Origin: Octopus vulgaris
Taxonomy: Eukaryota
DNA: 64,000 nt
Assembly (NCBI GenBank): GCA_951406725.2
Contig: OX597823.1
Location: 72,726,001 to 72,790,000, forward strand
Reading direction: 5' to 3'
In this document: in pieces, positions 39,372-54,043 of the stretch
Position numbering within the stretch: position 1 is the stretch's first letter
Layout: the number at the start of each line of letters is the position of its first letter
Notes under the pieces: generated by a model
Database searches by the model: none
The model's input: only the letters and a program-made list of their open reading frames with translations
What the model was told of the DNA's origin: nothing
Made by a program: the position numbers and the translations under genes

Positions 39372-41348
39372 TGGTATATATATATATATTCATGAGAATA
39401 GGACGTTTTTACACGTGAATTCGAATGATGTGGCAGGGATGACATATGCTGGTTGTCTTTCCATCCAGAAATACCTCAAACCGAATTGTGAGTGCTGTCT
39501 GATGATTGTGACTACTTTAACGAATATAACCCTATGCCTCAATGTGGTAGTGAATGTTGTACTGTGTAATTTTGTGGACGTTTGACTTTCACAAGCGTTC
39601 ACAAAATAGTAACGCTAGTAAGTCAATTAGTCAGTTAAGTGCTCCTTCACTGTCTCTCTCCTCTTTTGCAGTTTTGTATGAATAAATTTCCTGATGAACT
39701 ACCAAGGTAATTCAATCAATTTTACATATCCTTTTTTAAACATGTAACTTTTTAGCAATTTATGAATGATTAATTTTGAAAAATAGAACTTACTGTCGCT
39801 ACTCCGCCAGAATTGAAAACGCAATATCTACGGCATTTTTAGCGCATTAAATTAGGAATATGAACGAAACATTCATTAGAATTCAGCTATTTGTACACCT
39901 CTAGTGTTCCCGCTGTACCTAAACTCCAGCTATGGTTGTTTCAACATACCCAACTAAAAACAAAAACATTGGTTCCGAAGTAAATTAATATATAAACACC
40001 ACTGATCAGACACAGTATAGTGTAACGAAGTGTTTATTCTGGTAACCACTAGGGCCTAACTGTTTTGCCTCACTATTTTATTGGTGAGGATAAACAAGAT
40101 GATTTACCTATGGGTTACACACAACGAAAAGTTTACGTCTCTGATATCTCAATATAGTTCAATTCAATGGGAGTTCACGATGCTTCTCCTAATTCTGATC
40201 TATGAAGCCTGTGTACTGGAATATTTTAAAAGAAGTACAATAACTACATTTGAGAAAGCTTTCCGTAACTGATTATTGTATTAAAATTAAGCTAAATGGT
40301 ACAGTTTAACACCAAATATTTGAAGGAAAGTTAGAATTAAATATAGCCAAAATAAATATTACTGGAATAGCAACAGAAATAGGTAATCTGAATATATTTT
40401 TATTTTCACAACTTTAGAAATACGGATTCTGCATTGGTGAGTAAATTTTGGCACGCTTCTTTCAATTTGGCAACTAGAATAGGAATCTCATTCAACACTG
40501 CCGATGCTTGTCTATTCCAAGAAATCATCTTCAGCATGGCTATTGTCTTCAGTTTCATAATTATCACAGCATAGAAATTGATACTGTGATGATGTTTCTG
40601 AAGCTCCTACAAGCCTTCGTTTCCTTATTTTATATGCCCCTCCATAATGTATTTTATTAGCAATTTGTGCCATAGTTTTTATTTTCTTCCCAAAGTGACT
40701 CTCAGTTGATATTGTTTCTCTTCTACACTAATACGTTCCAAAGTTTTCGCTTCTTGGATTTCTCGAATATTCACGTATTCTTCTCTTGCATTTCTCTTTC
40801 CTACATCTCTTTCCGTTTCCGTCCTGGTAGCATTTGCTATACTGCATTGTGTATCCAATAGTACTTAAATACCTATAGTTTATGGGTACAGAAAACAGAA
40901 AGGTATCGCGATTTTCACTGCAATTTATAATAATGGCTTATTATAACACTTAGTGTATTGTTGGTTCTAATAATATTGTCTATGTCGTTATTTTGATACA
41001 TGTATAGATGCATTGATAAAAAATATTCTAGATATAGAAACAATAGCACTCAGGAAAATTAATAAAATTCAGATAGGAGAAAAGTCACATACAAAAAGGT
41101 AAACTTTATTCAACATTGTTATAATATCTCACGTTGTATATGAATTCAGGAAAAGACAAATAAAAAGCAAGTATTAGTCACTTAATTCCATTGAATTGTG
41201 TATTTCAATGTATTTCATAACATTTTTATAAGAGACTTATCTCATTCAACCAATGTACACATTTCATTGTGACAAAATATCAAGGGCGGTAAAAGTTCTA
41301 AATTATACTGATTGGTTGAATCTAAGAAGCAGATATTGTTATTTTATC

Positions 41349-41397
<49 letters not shown>

Positions 41398-41624
41398 AAA
41401 AGGATAAATGAATTATCTTGTTAAGGATTATTCAAAATTTAACCGATCCCGGGTAGCAAAAATCACAACAGAAAAGACACGGTTGAAGTTACGACCTTGG
41501 GGAATGCTGCAAATGGTCTCCTTATTCAATCCGAATTTGGAAATTTGCGGCCTTTGAAACATGTGTAGAAGATAATAAAAGGAATTATGTAGAATCTTCG
41601 TTCAGCTCCATTTCTTCCCTTCAC

Positions 41625-41674
<50 letters not shown>

Positions 41675-41684
41675 TACATATATC

Positions 41685-41751
<67 letters not shown>

Positions 41752-41957
41752 CACACACACACCAAGTAAGTTAAGGGTTATGGATCCAACCCACTAATAG
41801 ATAATATTTATCCAATATACTGTTGGTATAATACCCAAATTCTTAATACACAAGTGTTTTTAATTGCAATGCAATCAACTTATTAATTGTATTAATTGAG
41901 TGAAGGTAAAGAAATGTTTTACCATTAATTTATAATACAAATAAAAAAGAAAAAATG

Positions 41958-42015
41958 TTAATAACATACATATATACATACATGATGATTCGTATGTATA
42001 TATGTATGTTATTAA
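41958..42015. repeat. Perfect 24-bp inverted repeat with 10-nt loop
   Basis: ttaataacatacatatatacatac [atgatgattc] gtatgtatatatgtatgttattaa. Confidence 0.9.
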
Positions 42016-42396
42016 GGTTCTCGTTTTTGTTAAATGAATAAATAAGTCAACATTCTAACATCCGAAAGCTGATGAACCAACTAAATTGTTTCTCCATTTT
42101 CTTATTTGTATTATATATCTATATATATCAAATAGCAGAAGTAATTTCAAAGCGACAAAAATCGTAATAAAAGTTGACAGTGTATACTATTTCTTTCACA
42201 TGGCCTTGTGCCAAAATTTGGTAAAAGTATAATTAGTTTGAGCTGAACAAAGAATGGATTAGATTTAGGCCATAAGACTCATTGTATAAAAGGAGAAAAA
42301 GTCCAGGACAAACTTGGTAGTAAAATAAGAGTAGGAAGGGGATAAAAATGAGTGAGCCTAGGAAAAACATAGGTACATACATACATACACACACGT

Positions 42397-42465
<69 letters not shown>

Positions 42466-42483
42466 GATACATAATGAAATAAG

Positions 42484-42596
42484 TGGCCAACAAGCTTAAC
42501 CAAAATAATAAGCATAAAAATTAGGGTACGCTGGTACATTTTGTACCCTAATTTTTTTATGTATATTTTAACTATTTCGGTTAAGCTTGCTGGCCA
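42484..42596. repeat. Imperfect inverted repeat (~45-bp arms)
   Basis: tggccaacaagcttaaccaaaata..aaaaattagggtac / gtaccctaattttt..tatttcggttaagcttgctggcca. Confidence 0.85.
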
Positions 42597-43079
42597 ATTA
42601 ATTGTTATTATTGTTTTTAATAATAATGATATCTTATTTAAATTTTTAACTTAATCACTACTGTTCGCTTTTGAACGTCGCGGGCATATTCAAGTGAACA
42701 CACGTGCGCGGTGTAGTTATCATATTTGGAAAAAAACAGTTGTATACAGTAAGCTCATTGAAGCTCCAAATTACTGGTTATCAAAAAAAAAAGGTGAAAT
42801 CAAATGATACTGAGTTGTCTGCACTTTTCTTTGTAGTTTTGCAATGGTAAGGACTATTTTTATTATATTCACTACATTGAACGTGCATGCTTATTCATAA
42901 TGGAATATGTGGATTTGGAGAGTTGACTCTACTTTCTAGCATACCTGGCATATTTTGTACCATAATTTATACATACATATAACAAGCCATCGGAAATAAT
43001 GTGATATATATGTGTGTGTGTGAGTGTGTGAGTGTGTGAGCGCGGGCGCATGTGCGTTGTTAGTGTGTGTGTAATATGT

Positions 43080-43082
<3 letters not shown>

Positions 43083-43159
<77 letters not shown>

Positions 43160-43160
43160 G

Positions 43161-43192
<32 letters not shown>

Positions 43193-43408
43193 GAGACAGA
43201 CATATATACATACATATATGTATGTGCATAAATATAAATATATTCATATATATATGCAACTATGTATGTAAAGAAACCTATACGCATGCATAGTACATAC
43301 ATATATGCATACATACATACATACATACATACATACATACATACATACATACATACACGCATGCATACATACATACATGCATGAATACATACATACATAC
43401 ATACATAC
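43083..43408. repeat. Compound (TA)n-(TAGA)n-(TACA)n microsatellite
   Basis: Read directly from the sequence. Confidence 0.9.
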
Positions 43409-44132
43409 TGACATGTGTGTCTGCAAAAGTTAGAATAATTTAGACCTAATTGTGTGTATATTGTAAATTGTTCGAATTTTTATCAATTAATTTACTGACA
43501 TTGGGCTTATGACATAATAAAATATCCATGTATGGGTTTCTTTCTCGTCCTCTGGAAATAGTACACATAATATTTAAAATGTATTTTTATTTCAATCGGT
43601 GTTTATATATTTGCTTTTAGGTAAATCCTGGCCGCTTGTCAGAGATTGTGGTACAAATACGCCAACCTCTACTATTTCTGCTAACAACATAAGAAGCTCT
43701 GCTATAAACAGAAATAATCGATCAATATATTTCGAGACACTATTAGAACGAGAGTCTGAACTGGACTATAAATTCAGCGGACACAGCGCTTTATACGCAG
43801 GTAGTGAAGTCTTAATTCTCAGCAGCGGTTTCCCTCTTATATCTGATTACATTCTAACATTCATCTACTTTTTGTTTCTCGTTTTTTTTCTCTTCCTTTC
43901 TCATGAATGATTCTTTCCTTCAGCATTTATCTGGGCTGGAGAGACTGAATTCCCATTGAATAGATTCACATCGTCTTCATAAAACATTTGCTCTCTGATT
44001 GATTGATATTGTCATTTATTTATTCATGTATGCAGTAAATAAATTTCAGTCGCTTTGTGCATATTTGTGTCGTAGAAGGAAACAATTTAAGTACAAACAC
44101 AGACCTAGTTATTTGCTTATTTATTTAATCAT

Positions 44133-44272
<140 letters not shown>

Positions 44273-44319
44273 AGGAATGCATGTCTGCCTCTCTATATAC
44301 ATCTGTATAGGTATATACG

Positions 44320-44356
<37 letters not shown>

Positions 44357-46099
44357 TTGTGATTGGATGCGCAAAGATGTGCACGTCCGTGCATACGCAC
44401 CACACAAATACATATATCTTTACGCATTCGTATACGTGTATACATATATACACCATATACATTGATAGAATAGTTACTGTACTACGTCTGTGGAATAGTT
44501 AATCGTCGCTGAATAGATTTCTTATTACATGTATGCCATAAACATGGAGACTGAATGTGAGGCTAAAGAATACAAATGTTATTTGGATTGATGCAGTGTT
44601 TATTCCTTTTAAATTCTGTAAACTTTGTGTGCTACGGAGACAGTACTTTGTTTTATTATAGGTATTTATTACTACAATAACATATATTACTACAATAACA
44701 TTTTAGTTGTGTGTCTATGTCTCTCTCGGGCTGACCATGAACTTCAAAAATAATTTGACCTGACAGTTCATCGTAATGTGTGTGTTTGCGCGTGTCTATG
44801 TGTCTCTGTGTCTTTGTTTGTATGCAGTATATATTTATGTGTTGGAATATTTACTTTGACGCTTTCTTTTCGAGATCAATACATGCATCTTCCATTATTT
44901 ATCTTGCAGTGTATATGTGTGTAAGGTAAATGGTGTTGCGGGACAATTTGTTTTCTTTCTTGAAATGATATATATTCTATAAATACAGAAAATCATTCAT
45001 CTTCTCTACACGACGTTTTTTTTTTTCTTTCGTTGAAGACAATTTCTTTTCGGTGAAAGCTATTTTTCTTGATCAAGTAAGCATTTTCTTTATTACTGTA
45101 TCCATATCAGCATGAAAGTAGATACGGTAGACAAATTTGTTTCAACTAAGAGCAAGCTGTTAACTAATATAAGTCATCTCTACTATACAATATAGTATCT
45201 ATTCAAAATACTTTTTTCTTTTTCTATTCATTTGCATTAAGGATATAGCAGGACTATTGGAAAGTAAAACAGCTGGAGACAGACAAAAACGCTATCGACA
45301 AAAGAGAAAAGCGGACACAGCGAGACGATATAAAAAATAGAGAAGTATAATCAATAGCAAGTCGAGAATCCCAACGTGACCGAAATTAATTGATGCGCAG
45401 TGATGAAGATACTCTGGCATAGATATAACAGGCAACAGCACTCTTTGCCATTCATTATGGTATACGTCTACACATATTACAAAGAAAGTAGCGTAAGTGC
45501 TATATTGCAATCGTCAAGAAATGCGAGCGATGAAATGTATAGTATGTTTACTTCAGTAGCACGGAAAACATATTCCCTTTCATGTTATCATATGTTAATG
45601 AAGATGTATTAGAAGAACTGGACAGTTATTCTGTTGATAATTTCCTGGAAGTAAACATATATCAGATGCATCAGCAGTCGTACGAATGTAATTTATCATC
45701 AGTGCCAAGCGAATCAGTGAATTGAGAAGCTAAAGTTCATCAACCACAAATTCCATCTAAATCGAAATGTTAGCCAGAATGATTGATTTGTTATTCACAT
45801 CAGCTCTGAAATTCGTCAAAACAGTCAATGTTAAAATACAGCAATACACTTCGATTCAACTGGGCAAAGTATTATACGAAGCTAACATCAAACAGAATAG
45901 GTCCTAGCGATTTCATTCCTGACCCCAATCAAAATGTCTCACTTGCCACCAAGTCCAACAAAATTCATTTTTACACTGATGATGATGACATTCCTCTTCA
46001 TTCCCTATAATTTTCACCAACAATGGAGAGTTGTGCCTGCTCGGTGATATTACAACTGTACTAAGGTAGCACAATAATTTGACTTATTAATTGTGCCTA

Positions 46100-46930
46100 G
46101 AATGAATGGTTTGACGAGAATTAGAATGTCTCTTACAGCCAAGAATCTTCCCACCATAACAATACTGACTCCACGAGCAAAAACCTGAAAGCAATGTTTA
46201 ATGGGGATACATCAGACGTTTTCTTCAGTAACAGTATGAAGAGTAAATCGTTAATTATATCAAGAAAATATAATCACACTACCCAACTAGGGACCTCAAA
46301 GTCGCTTCGGTTTCTGGGTACCACCATGGCCGAAATTGCCTCCTGTGGAAGAATATCGTTGTAGGGGATCGCATCACAAAACATTATTTAGTGCTCATTG
46401 ATTACTGAAATCCTCTAAAGCCTGGGTGAGTTCTATAATCATGTATTAATCTCACAACTACGATAGCTGCTACAGATAGTGAAGCTAATGTAGACAGACA
46501 ACCAAGATCTCATCCAGAATACAGGTCGCCCGGCGACTGGCTTTCTACACTTCGCTCAGTGCATTGGAGATGAGTGGGATTTTGCGACTTCGACTGAGAC
46601 ATTCTTGCACATTCATCTTCTTTTCATTCTGACCTGTTGTGTCGAACCGCCTAGGACCGTACTTAAAACTACATATTATTCTTACATAACACCTCGTCAG
46701 CTTGTGTAATGTTTTCTCTGCACACGACTTTCCCAAACGATAATGATTTGTGAATGCTGGAGAACAATCATATAATCGATGTCAGCTGGGTAGGAAGGCA
46801 TGCGGAAGACACAAGGACTCCCCTTCGCTAAAGACCAAATAATTAAAAGAAAGGGCATATATTGATCATCTTCTTTTGGGGAAAGAACCCATTATGATCA
46901 GATCCTGGCGGAGACAAGAATCTATCATAC
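46100..46930 (-). mobile_element. Ancient RTE-like LINE RT fossil
   Basis: Scattered minus-strand motifs in the expected order: VLSPKEDD (IPxPKKGD), RLGKSCAEK (FRxGRSCAEQ), RRFDTT (KAFDS), VESVLLWWEDSW (VESVLLYGxExW). Confidence 0.4.
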
Positions 46931-48208
46931 TGAGTTCTTTGTCCAACGTACATCTATATTATAGGCGTTTAAAATGGCAAGTCTATATGCATTGTGTTAC
47001 ATTTGAATGAATAGATTATTATTTTTAGAAAACCTGTTGTATAAATATTCTCTTGCACGAACGTTTGGATACCAAGCATCAATTTTCTTTTCACTCGTAA
47101 CGTGTAGCAATTCAATTAGGTCATTTGTTGATGTTATACACATATGATGAACCCACAGTTTCTGAAACGACAGCTGCTTTACATGAAACTATTAGTAGAA
47201 ATAGGAGTGAATATCATATCCTGAGAATGTTTTACCCAAGTATGATGTAGGATTTTCGCCAAAGATTCGACTTCAACCCGTAATATAATCTATTACAGTG
47301 TCTTAATCTATACCATGGAGGGGATGATGCATAACACAAGATAATCAAACATATCGAGAAAAACACCAGACAATATACCATATGGACTATCACACGTATG
47401 ATGTACCAACGTGTTGTTTTGAAAGTTGCAAGTTCGAAGGATAACCACTGCAAAAACTACTGCAAAAGTACAGACGGCGGCTTTCACCAGATTCAACGTA
47501 TTCAGTGAATAGTAGAATCATCATTTTATCAAATTTTCGAGACTATCGATTCTTTGTGCTCATAGCCGTATTGATATAGACTTCTGGATTGTGACTCTGC
47601 GTTCACAAAGTCGAACATAGTCATAAGGAATACGAATTGAATTGACATTGTTGCACAAGTCTAGGTGCATTAAAACCTACGATATCTATAAAATTTTACA
47701 CAACCATGAATTTAACATTTTAAATGTTGCTTGAAATTACGAAGACTGAATCTAAACTGATTATAGATATATTGAAATTGTTAAGGATATACGCAAAAAA
47801 TCATGAAAGGCAGAAGTTTCCTTAAAGTATTGGAAATCATTGCGAAGTCATCAACTGTGTAAAATTTGTTGTTTTAAATGGGATTGGTAAATGAGAAAAT
47901 ATTTTCAGAAGGCTTGTCAAATATATTAACTCACATAAAAGAATAGTTTTCGGTTTGATTTTCAAACTGTGATGTACATAAACGTGAACCACATTTGCAG
48001 CAATAAAGTACTTTTTCATCTATATAGCATTTGATTTCATTTGGTAATATCTTTCATCGTACAATTAGAGATTCAATGAGAAAGTGCAACATTGTGCGCA
48101 AGACTAATCTTTTTAATATTCTGATTAACTTCTGAAAATTGCTGAGATAACCTACCGGTTTGTGTGTGTTTGTGTATTTGTGCGTGTTTGTGTGTATGTG
48201 TATGTGTT

Positions 48209-48243
<35 letters not shown>

Positions 48244-48454
48244 CAGTGTATGTATATTTATAGAAATACAAATTATTTTCCGATGGCCCAGGTATCTCCA
48301 AAAGGTTACTTTAAGCACAGACGTATATGCTGAAGCATGTTTTAAACAGCATTTGATATTGCTGTAGTATTTTAACAGGCAGCTGCATCTCGCAAATTTT
48401 GTTTTAGACTTATTAACCATTCTCTAATGCATTTCCATTGACAGGAATCCTGTG

Positions 48455-48456
<2 letters not shown>

Positions 48457-48522
<66 letters not shown>

Positions 48523-48547
48523 TATATACACATATATATATACACAC

Positions 48548-48579
<32 letters not shown>

Positions 48580-48593
48580 TCATATATATATAC

Positions 48594-48651
<58 letters not shown>

Positions 48652-48705
48652 GCATGTATGTATGTATGTATGTATGTATGTATGTATATATGTATACATA
48701 TATAT
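48457..48705. repeat. Long (TA)n/(TACA)n/(TATG)n compound microsatellite
   Basis: Read directly from the sequence. It generates several spurious YI-repeat ORFs. Confidence 0.95.
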
Positions 48706-49715
48706 ACCTTTGATATCAAAAACAACCAGCAAATGTAGTTCTAGATCTAGAATGGTTCCGTGCCGCAAATATCGTAATGTAGCAAGTATGAAGCTATCGA
48801 CCACAAATTTCGTGATCTATTGTTAAAGGGTCTAATATTTCGTGGCAAGATTATGCCGCATGTCGATGGTGCTCGATAAATGCTTCCTATCTACTATAAT
48901 GCAAACAGATATAACTGATTTCGCATTTTAGAAGAAAAAGGTGAAAGTGAAGCTTCTTATGAAACTGCTGCTACGTGATTATAGTGAAGGTATTTGACCG
49001 ATTTCTAAATCTTACTGTTGAAGGTAGGAAACAACCGAATTTTGATGACAAGATTTATCTTCGAAAGCGCTTGATTAAAATTCCTGAAATAATCGATTCC
49101 TGTGATAGTTCATTCCTGCAATAATTACAATTACACGATCAAGTTGCTAAACAGCTGTATCCTGTTCTTGGAAAAAATGAGTTGTAATGCAATTGCGAAA
49201 TTTAAATGAATTTTGAATTGAAGAAAATTTCAAATAACACATTTCGTGATCTCCTGTAGTAAAACGGAATAGTAACAGAAGAACGCATGTCAAACAAGAT
49301 GTCATTCAACCAAGTGTTTAACTGAGACCGTTTAACATCACTCTGCTATTTACCCTTGCACTGTAAGAGATTCCAATTCGAGAGGCTTTCGTAATTATAG
49401 TAAATAAACTAAAATGTCTTTCAACGTGTAACTTAATTCTTTTCTTCGAAAGAGTTGTAATTTGCATGGATAATTTTATGTTGCTCTGCCATGATCTTCA
49501 CAATGTTATTTAGCTATAGAGACAATGTCACAAAATGTCACTGACATTGTGCAGTGATGTTTTCTTACATTTTTTTATCATACACACATACAAAAGTGTT
49601 CCGTTGTCTATTGTAATCCAGTTGTATTGTCATTCACCATAACAATAACTAGTGACACATGGTATCTGCGAAACAAGACCATGCACATTTAAATATGTAT
49701 ATTTACACACACATT

Positions 49716-50051
49716 GTGAAGTCACATGGCTCAGTGGTTAGAGCGTCGAACTTACGATCGTGAGGTTGTGAGTTCGAATCCCAGACCGGGTTGCGTGTTG
49801 TTTTCTTGAGTAAGACCCTTTATTTCACGTTGCTCCAGTTCACTCAGATGTAGAAAGGAGTTGCAACGTCACAGGTACCAAGCTGTATCCGCTGTTGCCT
49901 TTCCCTTGGATAACACTGGTGGCGTGGAGAGGGAAGGTCGGTATGCATGGGCGACTGCTGGTCTTCCATAAACAAACTTGCCCGGCCTTGTGCCTGGGAG
50001 GATAACTTTCTAGGTGCAATCCCACGGTCAGTCATGACCGAAGGGGGTCTC
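49716..50051 (+). mobile_element. tRNA-derived SINE family C, full length
   Basis: tRNA-like head with A and B boxes, followed by a cttgagtaagaccctttatttcacgttgctccagttcactcag core. A degenerate relative lies at ~56035-56240. Confidence 0.85.
49727..49782 (+). promoter_or_regulatory. Internal RNA Pol III type-2 promoter (A box and B box) of SINE C
   Basis: A box tggctcagtgg at 49727-49737 and B box gttcgaatccc at 49772-49782. Confidence 0.75.
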
Positions 50052-50365
50052 AAAAACACACACATACACAAATAGGCATGTATGTGTTCGCGCGCGCGTG
50101 TGTATGCCATATCGGAGACAACGTAGTGCGAAGAAACTGACTAAACGTCTTCGTTTGTAACAAAAATTAAAGTCGTATTCATACTTTTGAATAGGTTCGT
50201 TCTGAAATTCAGTATTAATTGCTTCGGCAGTGACAGTTCGATCTGCTAATTTTTTTTCCTCAAGAAATCGGTAGGGCTGAAACTTACAAATGCGTAAGTA
50301 CAAACATACATACAGACAGACATATACACACACAACCGCGCACACACACATGCACACACACATAG

Positions 50366-50803
50366 TTCGCAGCCTGCAGATCCAATCCATCACTGGAACT
50401 GTACAAATCTGCAAAAATTTCCAGAGGCTTATCAATTAGATATACATGTGCATGTCTAGATATGCAACTATATACACGAGAATACATACGCAAAGTAAAA
50501 CATACAAATCTGCATATACAAAGAGAATACGTACGCTGACCTACTGAGAAATCTGCAGTTACTCTTTCCAGGTTATCCTGGAATTATTGGATCGCCGGTA
50601 TATGGAACACACTTCCTAAATAGTAATCTTAAGAAATGTGGGTTTTCAAAATTAGATAGGAAAAAGCTAATTCGAAGACTACAGATCCAATCCACCACTG
50701 GAACTGTACAAATCTGTACAGGAGTTTAGCATTTAAATAAATATGAGCATGTCGAGATATGCGACTATATTCATGGGAATACATACACAAAGATAAACAT
50801 ACA
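50366..50803 (+). repeat. Dispersed direct repeat, two ~135-bp copies ~305 bp apart
   Basis: cagatccaatcca(t/c)cactggaactgtacaaatctg...gcatgtc.agatatgc.actatat..gaatacatac.caaag at 50366-50510 and 50671-50803. Confidence 0.8.
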
Positions 50804-51280
50804 ACTCATTATCTATACATACATTCATACAAACAAAAAAAATATCATGTTGTTGATGTTGAAATTCCAGTGAAGGAGCCTTGGATCTAGGTTAGAAACC
50901 AACTCTTTCTTTATTGGCAAGAATTCTTCAAATAAAACCGAACAATGCAATACATACACATAGGGAGACAAATGTCTAGACGTAACTTATTCATTTACAG
51001 CTTCAAGTGTCCCCTTTACAGCTCGTCAGATAAAGGGGGTTAATTTGTAAACGTAAGAAGTTTATCGGGTATATTTAGCATTCCGCATGTCAACTGAACG
51101 AAAGGCAACTACTTTCGGTAAGAAACTTTGTGTTATGGCACCGTTTACAATTCACATCATGATTTTCACTGGTGTATATACTAAAACATATCCACCAGTA
51201 GCGGCCTATTTTGTAAAAACTAAACAAAAGCACAAAAGTTTGTATATGTATGTGTATGCACAAATATATATATATATATT

Positions 51281-51358
<78 letters not shown>

Positions 51359-53941
51359 TGTGTGTGTGTGTGTATATTGTACACTCGCACACTCGAGCGC
51401 TCGCACGTGAGTACAAACACGCTCTGAGTACAACCCCGTTTACTGTTGCCCTCTGCATTTTCACTATAGCGCTCTTTTTTCTTACAGATAGTATTTCATG
51501 GAGAGGAGAATTACATGAAAAAATGTCCCTCTATATATTTTACTTATATCTTAATTACTTTATTGTGAAGATGTGTTCCAATATTTAGTTATGTTAGAAA
51601 AACATAAGGGATCAAACCATACTGAAAAAATATATAATGCACAACTTGTTCAAACTGATTTACCTTAGAGGAACAGAATCGCCTTTCAACTTGTCTTCTT
51701 GTTTGAACCATTCTCACCTTAAGCACTTGTTCTGTGATTCTATTTTCGTATTATAGTTGCTTCCTTTTCTCCAATACCACCAGTGACCTCTATGTTCGCG
51801 CTCATACATTGTGGCCTCCTATCTTTTAGTTTCCTCATATTCCTGTTGATTTTTTTCTTTCCTTGTATATTGCCTCCATCGCTTCTCTAACTGACTCTCG
51901 TTTTTGTTTTCTTTTCATATTCCATTTTGTTGAACCGGACATTTGCGGGAGTATAACATGATAATAACATTTCTTAATGGTTAGTGGAAAAAAAGGCAAC
52001 CACGAGCGCTGAAACTTTATCTAAGCCTTTGCGGAATAGCATTATATAGCATGTATATTTGAAAATGGTGAGACGATAGATACCTACTGAATGCATGAGG
52101 TAGCTGAAGACATTTTTAAACGTAAATAAATCGAGTATCACATGCGTTCAAACTAATTAGTCATTTCATTGGCAATGGTGTACGTTGGTCCTTTGATCAC
52201 AATGGAAAAGCATAGAGTATATTCACAAATTTTCAAAACGATGAGGATATTAATCCAGAAAAAATAACAGACATTGATATGATTATTCCAGTGAGTGGTA
52301 TAGTATACTCTGTGTATGCCTCTCTATTCAACGTTCAAATACTGACACATATATCTCAGTTGAAGAAGCTACTTCTTATTCTAAATTGATCTCTTAGTTT
52401 TTGCAACCAACTTTGGTTCTACAATTTTGTTTGAAAATGCTAGTTTTGAAAAGAAAATCTTAAGTATAGATAAGATTAAAAGTCGCTAACTTGCAAACCT
52501 ATATGAACGGGAAGAATAGAATTTATGAAATATTAGAGAACCCTTGACCCGTTGGGTCACCGGAAAACTTTATGTTTCCCAGCAACGTGGTTTTGTTACG
52601 TGCTTATTTTTGTGGTTTATTTTTCTTTTTTCCTTTCCAGTTTACTCTGCATGCTTTCAACGAATGTGACATCGAAATGACGCATAAACGGCGTCTTTCC
52701 ATAACAAAGAAAAATTTGGCTGCTATTTCTTGCACGTCCTGCTATCACGTAACAGGTTTCCAACGGGTCTTTTACGAAATATTTACCGTATTTTTTAAGT
52801 CATTTTAAACTTATAAAACTTTTTAAATATACCAAAAATATTTTTGTAATGGTATTCACTTGAAAAAAATTTTAAGAGTCATTTAAATATTGTCTGTTTA
52901 AAGAAAGGTGAGATATAAATACTTATTGTACAAATTACTTACAGTTTTGAAATGGCATTCACTTAAAAATATTTCTAAATGTTTAAAATATTGTAGAACA
53001 AAAGCGAAAAGAAGATCATTAACTGTCAAAAGATAAAAAATCGTAAGTTTTCGTTGTCACCTCACTGTCTAACCGGAAGCTAAGAGTTTCTTCCCTTTCA
53101 GGATGAAGATTATTTTCAGAATATTCTCCCATTATGCACAGTTTGGGCTATTTATATCCCGTAAATCTCTAATATTTCGAAAACCACTTTAGCGATTTCG
53201 TGAAATTTGTTTTATTCTGTTCGTATTAACATTTCAGGATAAACTTAATTCTTAGTATTTTGCCATTAGGCGTCAGTTTGGCTGAATAACATTGCAAGAA
53301 AACAAGATTCAGTCTGAATTTTACTAGTATATAGATAATAATTCGATATGAGAAACGCGGTTTCAAATAACGACATAAGAATAAGAATACGAACATATTC
53401 ACACATTCACACACATACACACACATGCGCACACATAGGCACACAAACCACACATGTACACACGCACGCAAACAATACATACACGCACATGCATACACAC
53501 ACATATATACCTGGGTGACAGAAAGAGAGATAGATAGAAAGAAAGAAAAGGAGTTGAATATTTTATCGGAACATAGTAGAACAGAAACGACTGCCAATAC
53601 TACAGATATGTTGAATTGAAGATATGAGTCCAATGAAAATTCTATTATTTCACACAATGAAAATGTCTGAGAATGGTCAGCGACGTATGTGGTATTCGGT
53701 TTATAGCCATTTCCAGGATACAACATAATATTGATGATAATAATAATAATAATGAAAAATAATTGATAATCAAAAGAAAAAATAATCAGAAATAAATTAC
53801 AGTGAATGAACAGCAATTGCATTGGTGAGGATAAGAAAATTGAAATAAGCCAAATAACATTAAAAAACACACGTACGAATTGATATCTATTGATATGGTC
53901 AGCTTTATTAAGAGTGACATTTATATTGTTAATGGTTCATA

Positions 53942-54043
53942 TCGGGTCGATAAAATATGTATCACCTGAGTACTTTGGGCCCATAATTTCATGGTAGGGG
54001 GTCGGCCCAAAGTACTCAGGTGATACATATTTTATCGACCCGA
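53942..54043. repeat. Perfect 40-bp inverted repeat with 22-nt spacer
   Basis: tcgggtcgataaaatatgtatcacctgagtactttgggcc (53942-53981) is the exact reverse complement of 54004-54043. Confidence 0.95.

Noticed and set aside
44668-44702. Short tandem duplications (also 6133-6170 and 30318-30362)
   Set aside because: These are ordinary 17-18-bp slippage duplications in AT-rich DNA with no further structure.
49716-49795. tRNA gene
   Set aside because: A and B boxes are present but there is no proper acceptor stem or terminator, and it continues into a SINE body.
53226-53870. Longest listed ORF (214 aa, minus strand, hydrophobic)
   Set aside because: It is built from AT-rich low-complexity and CA/GA repeats, with no recognisable domain or coding-like composition.
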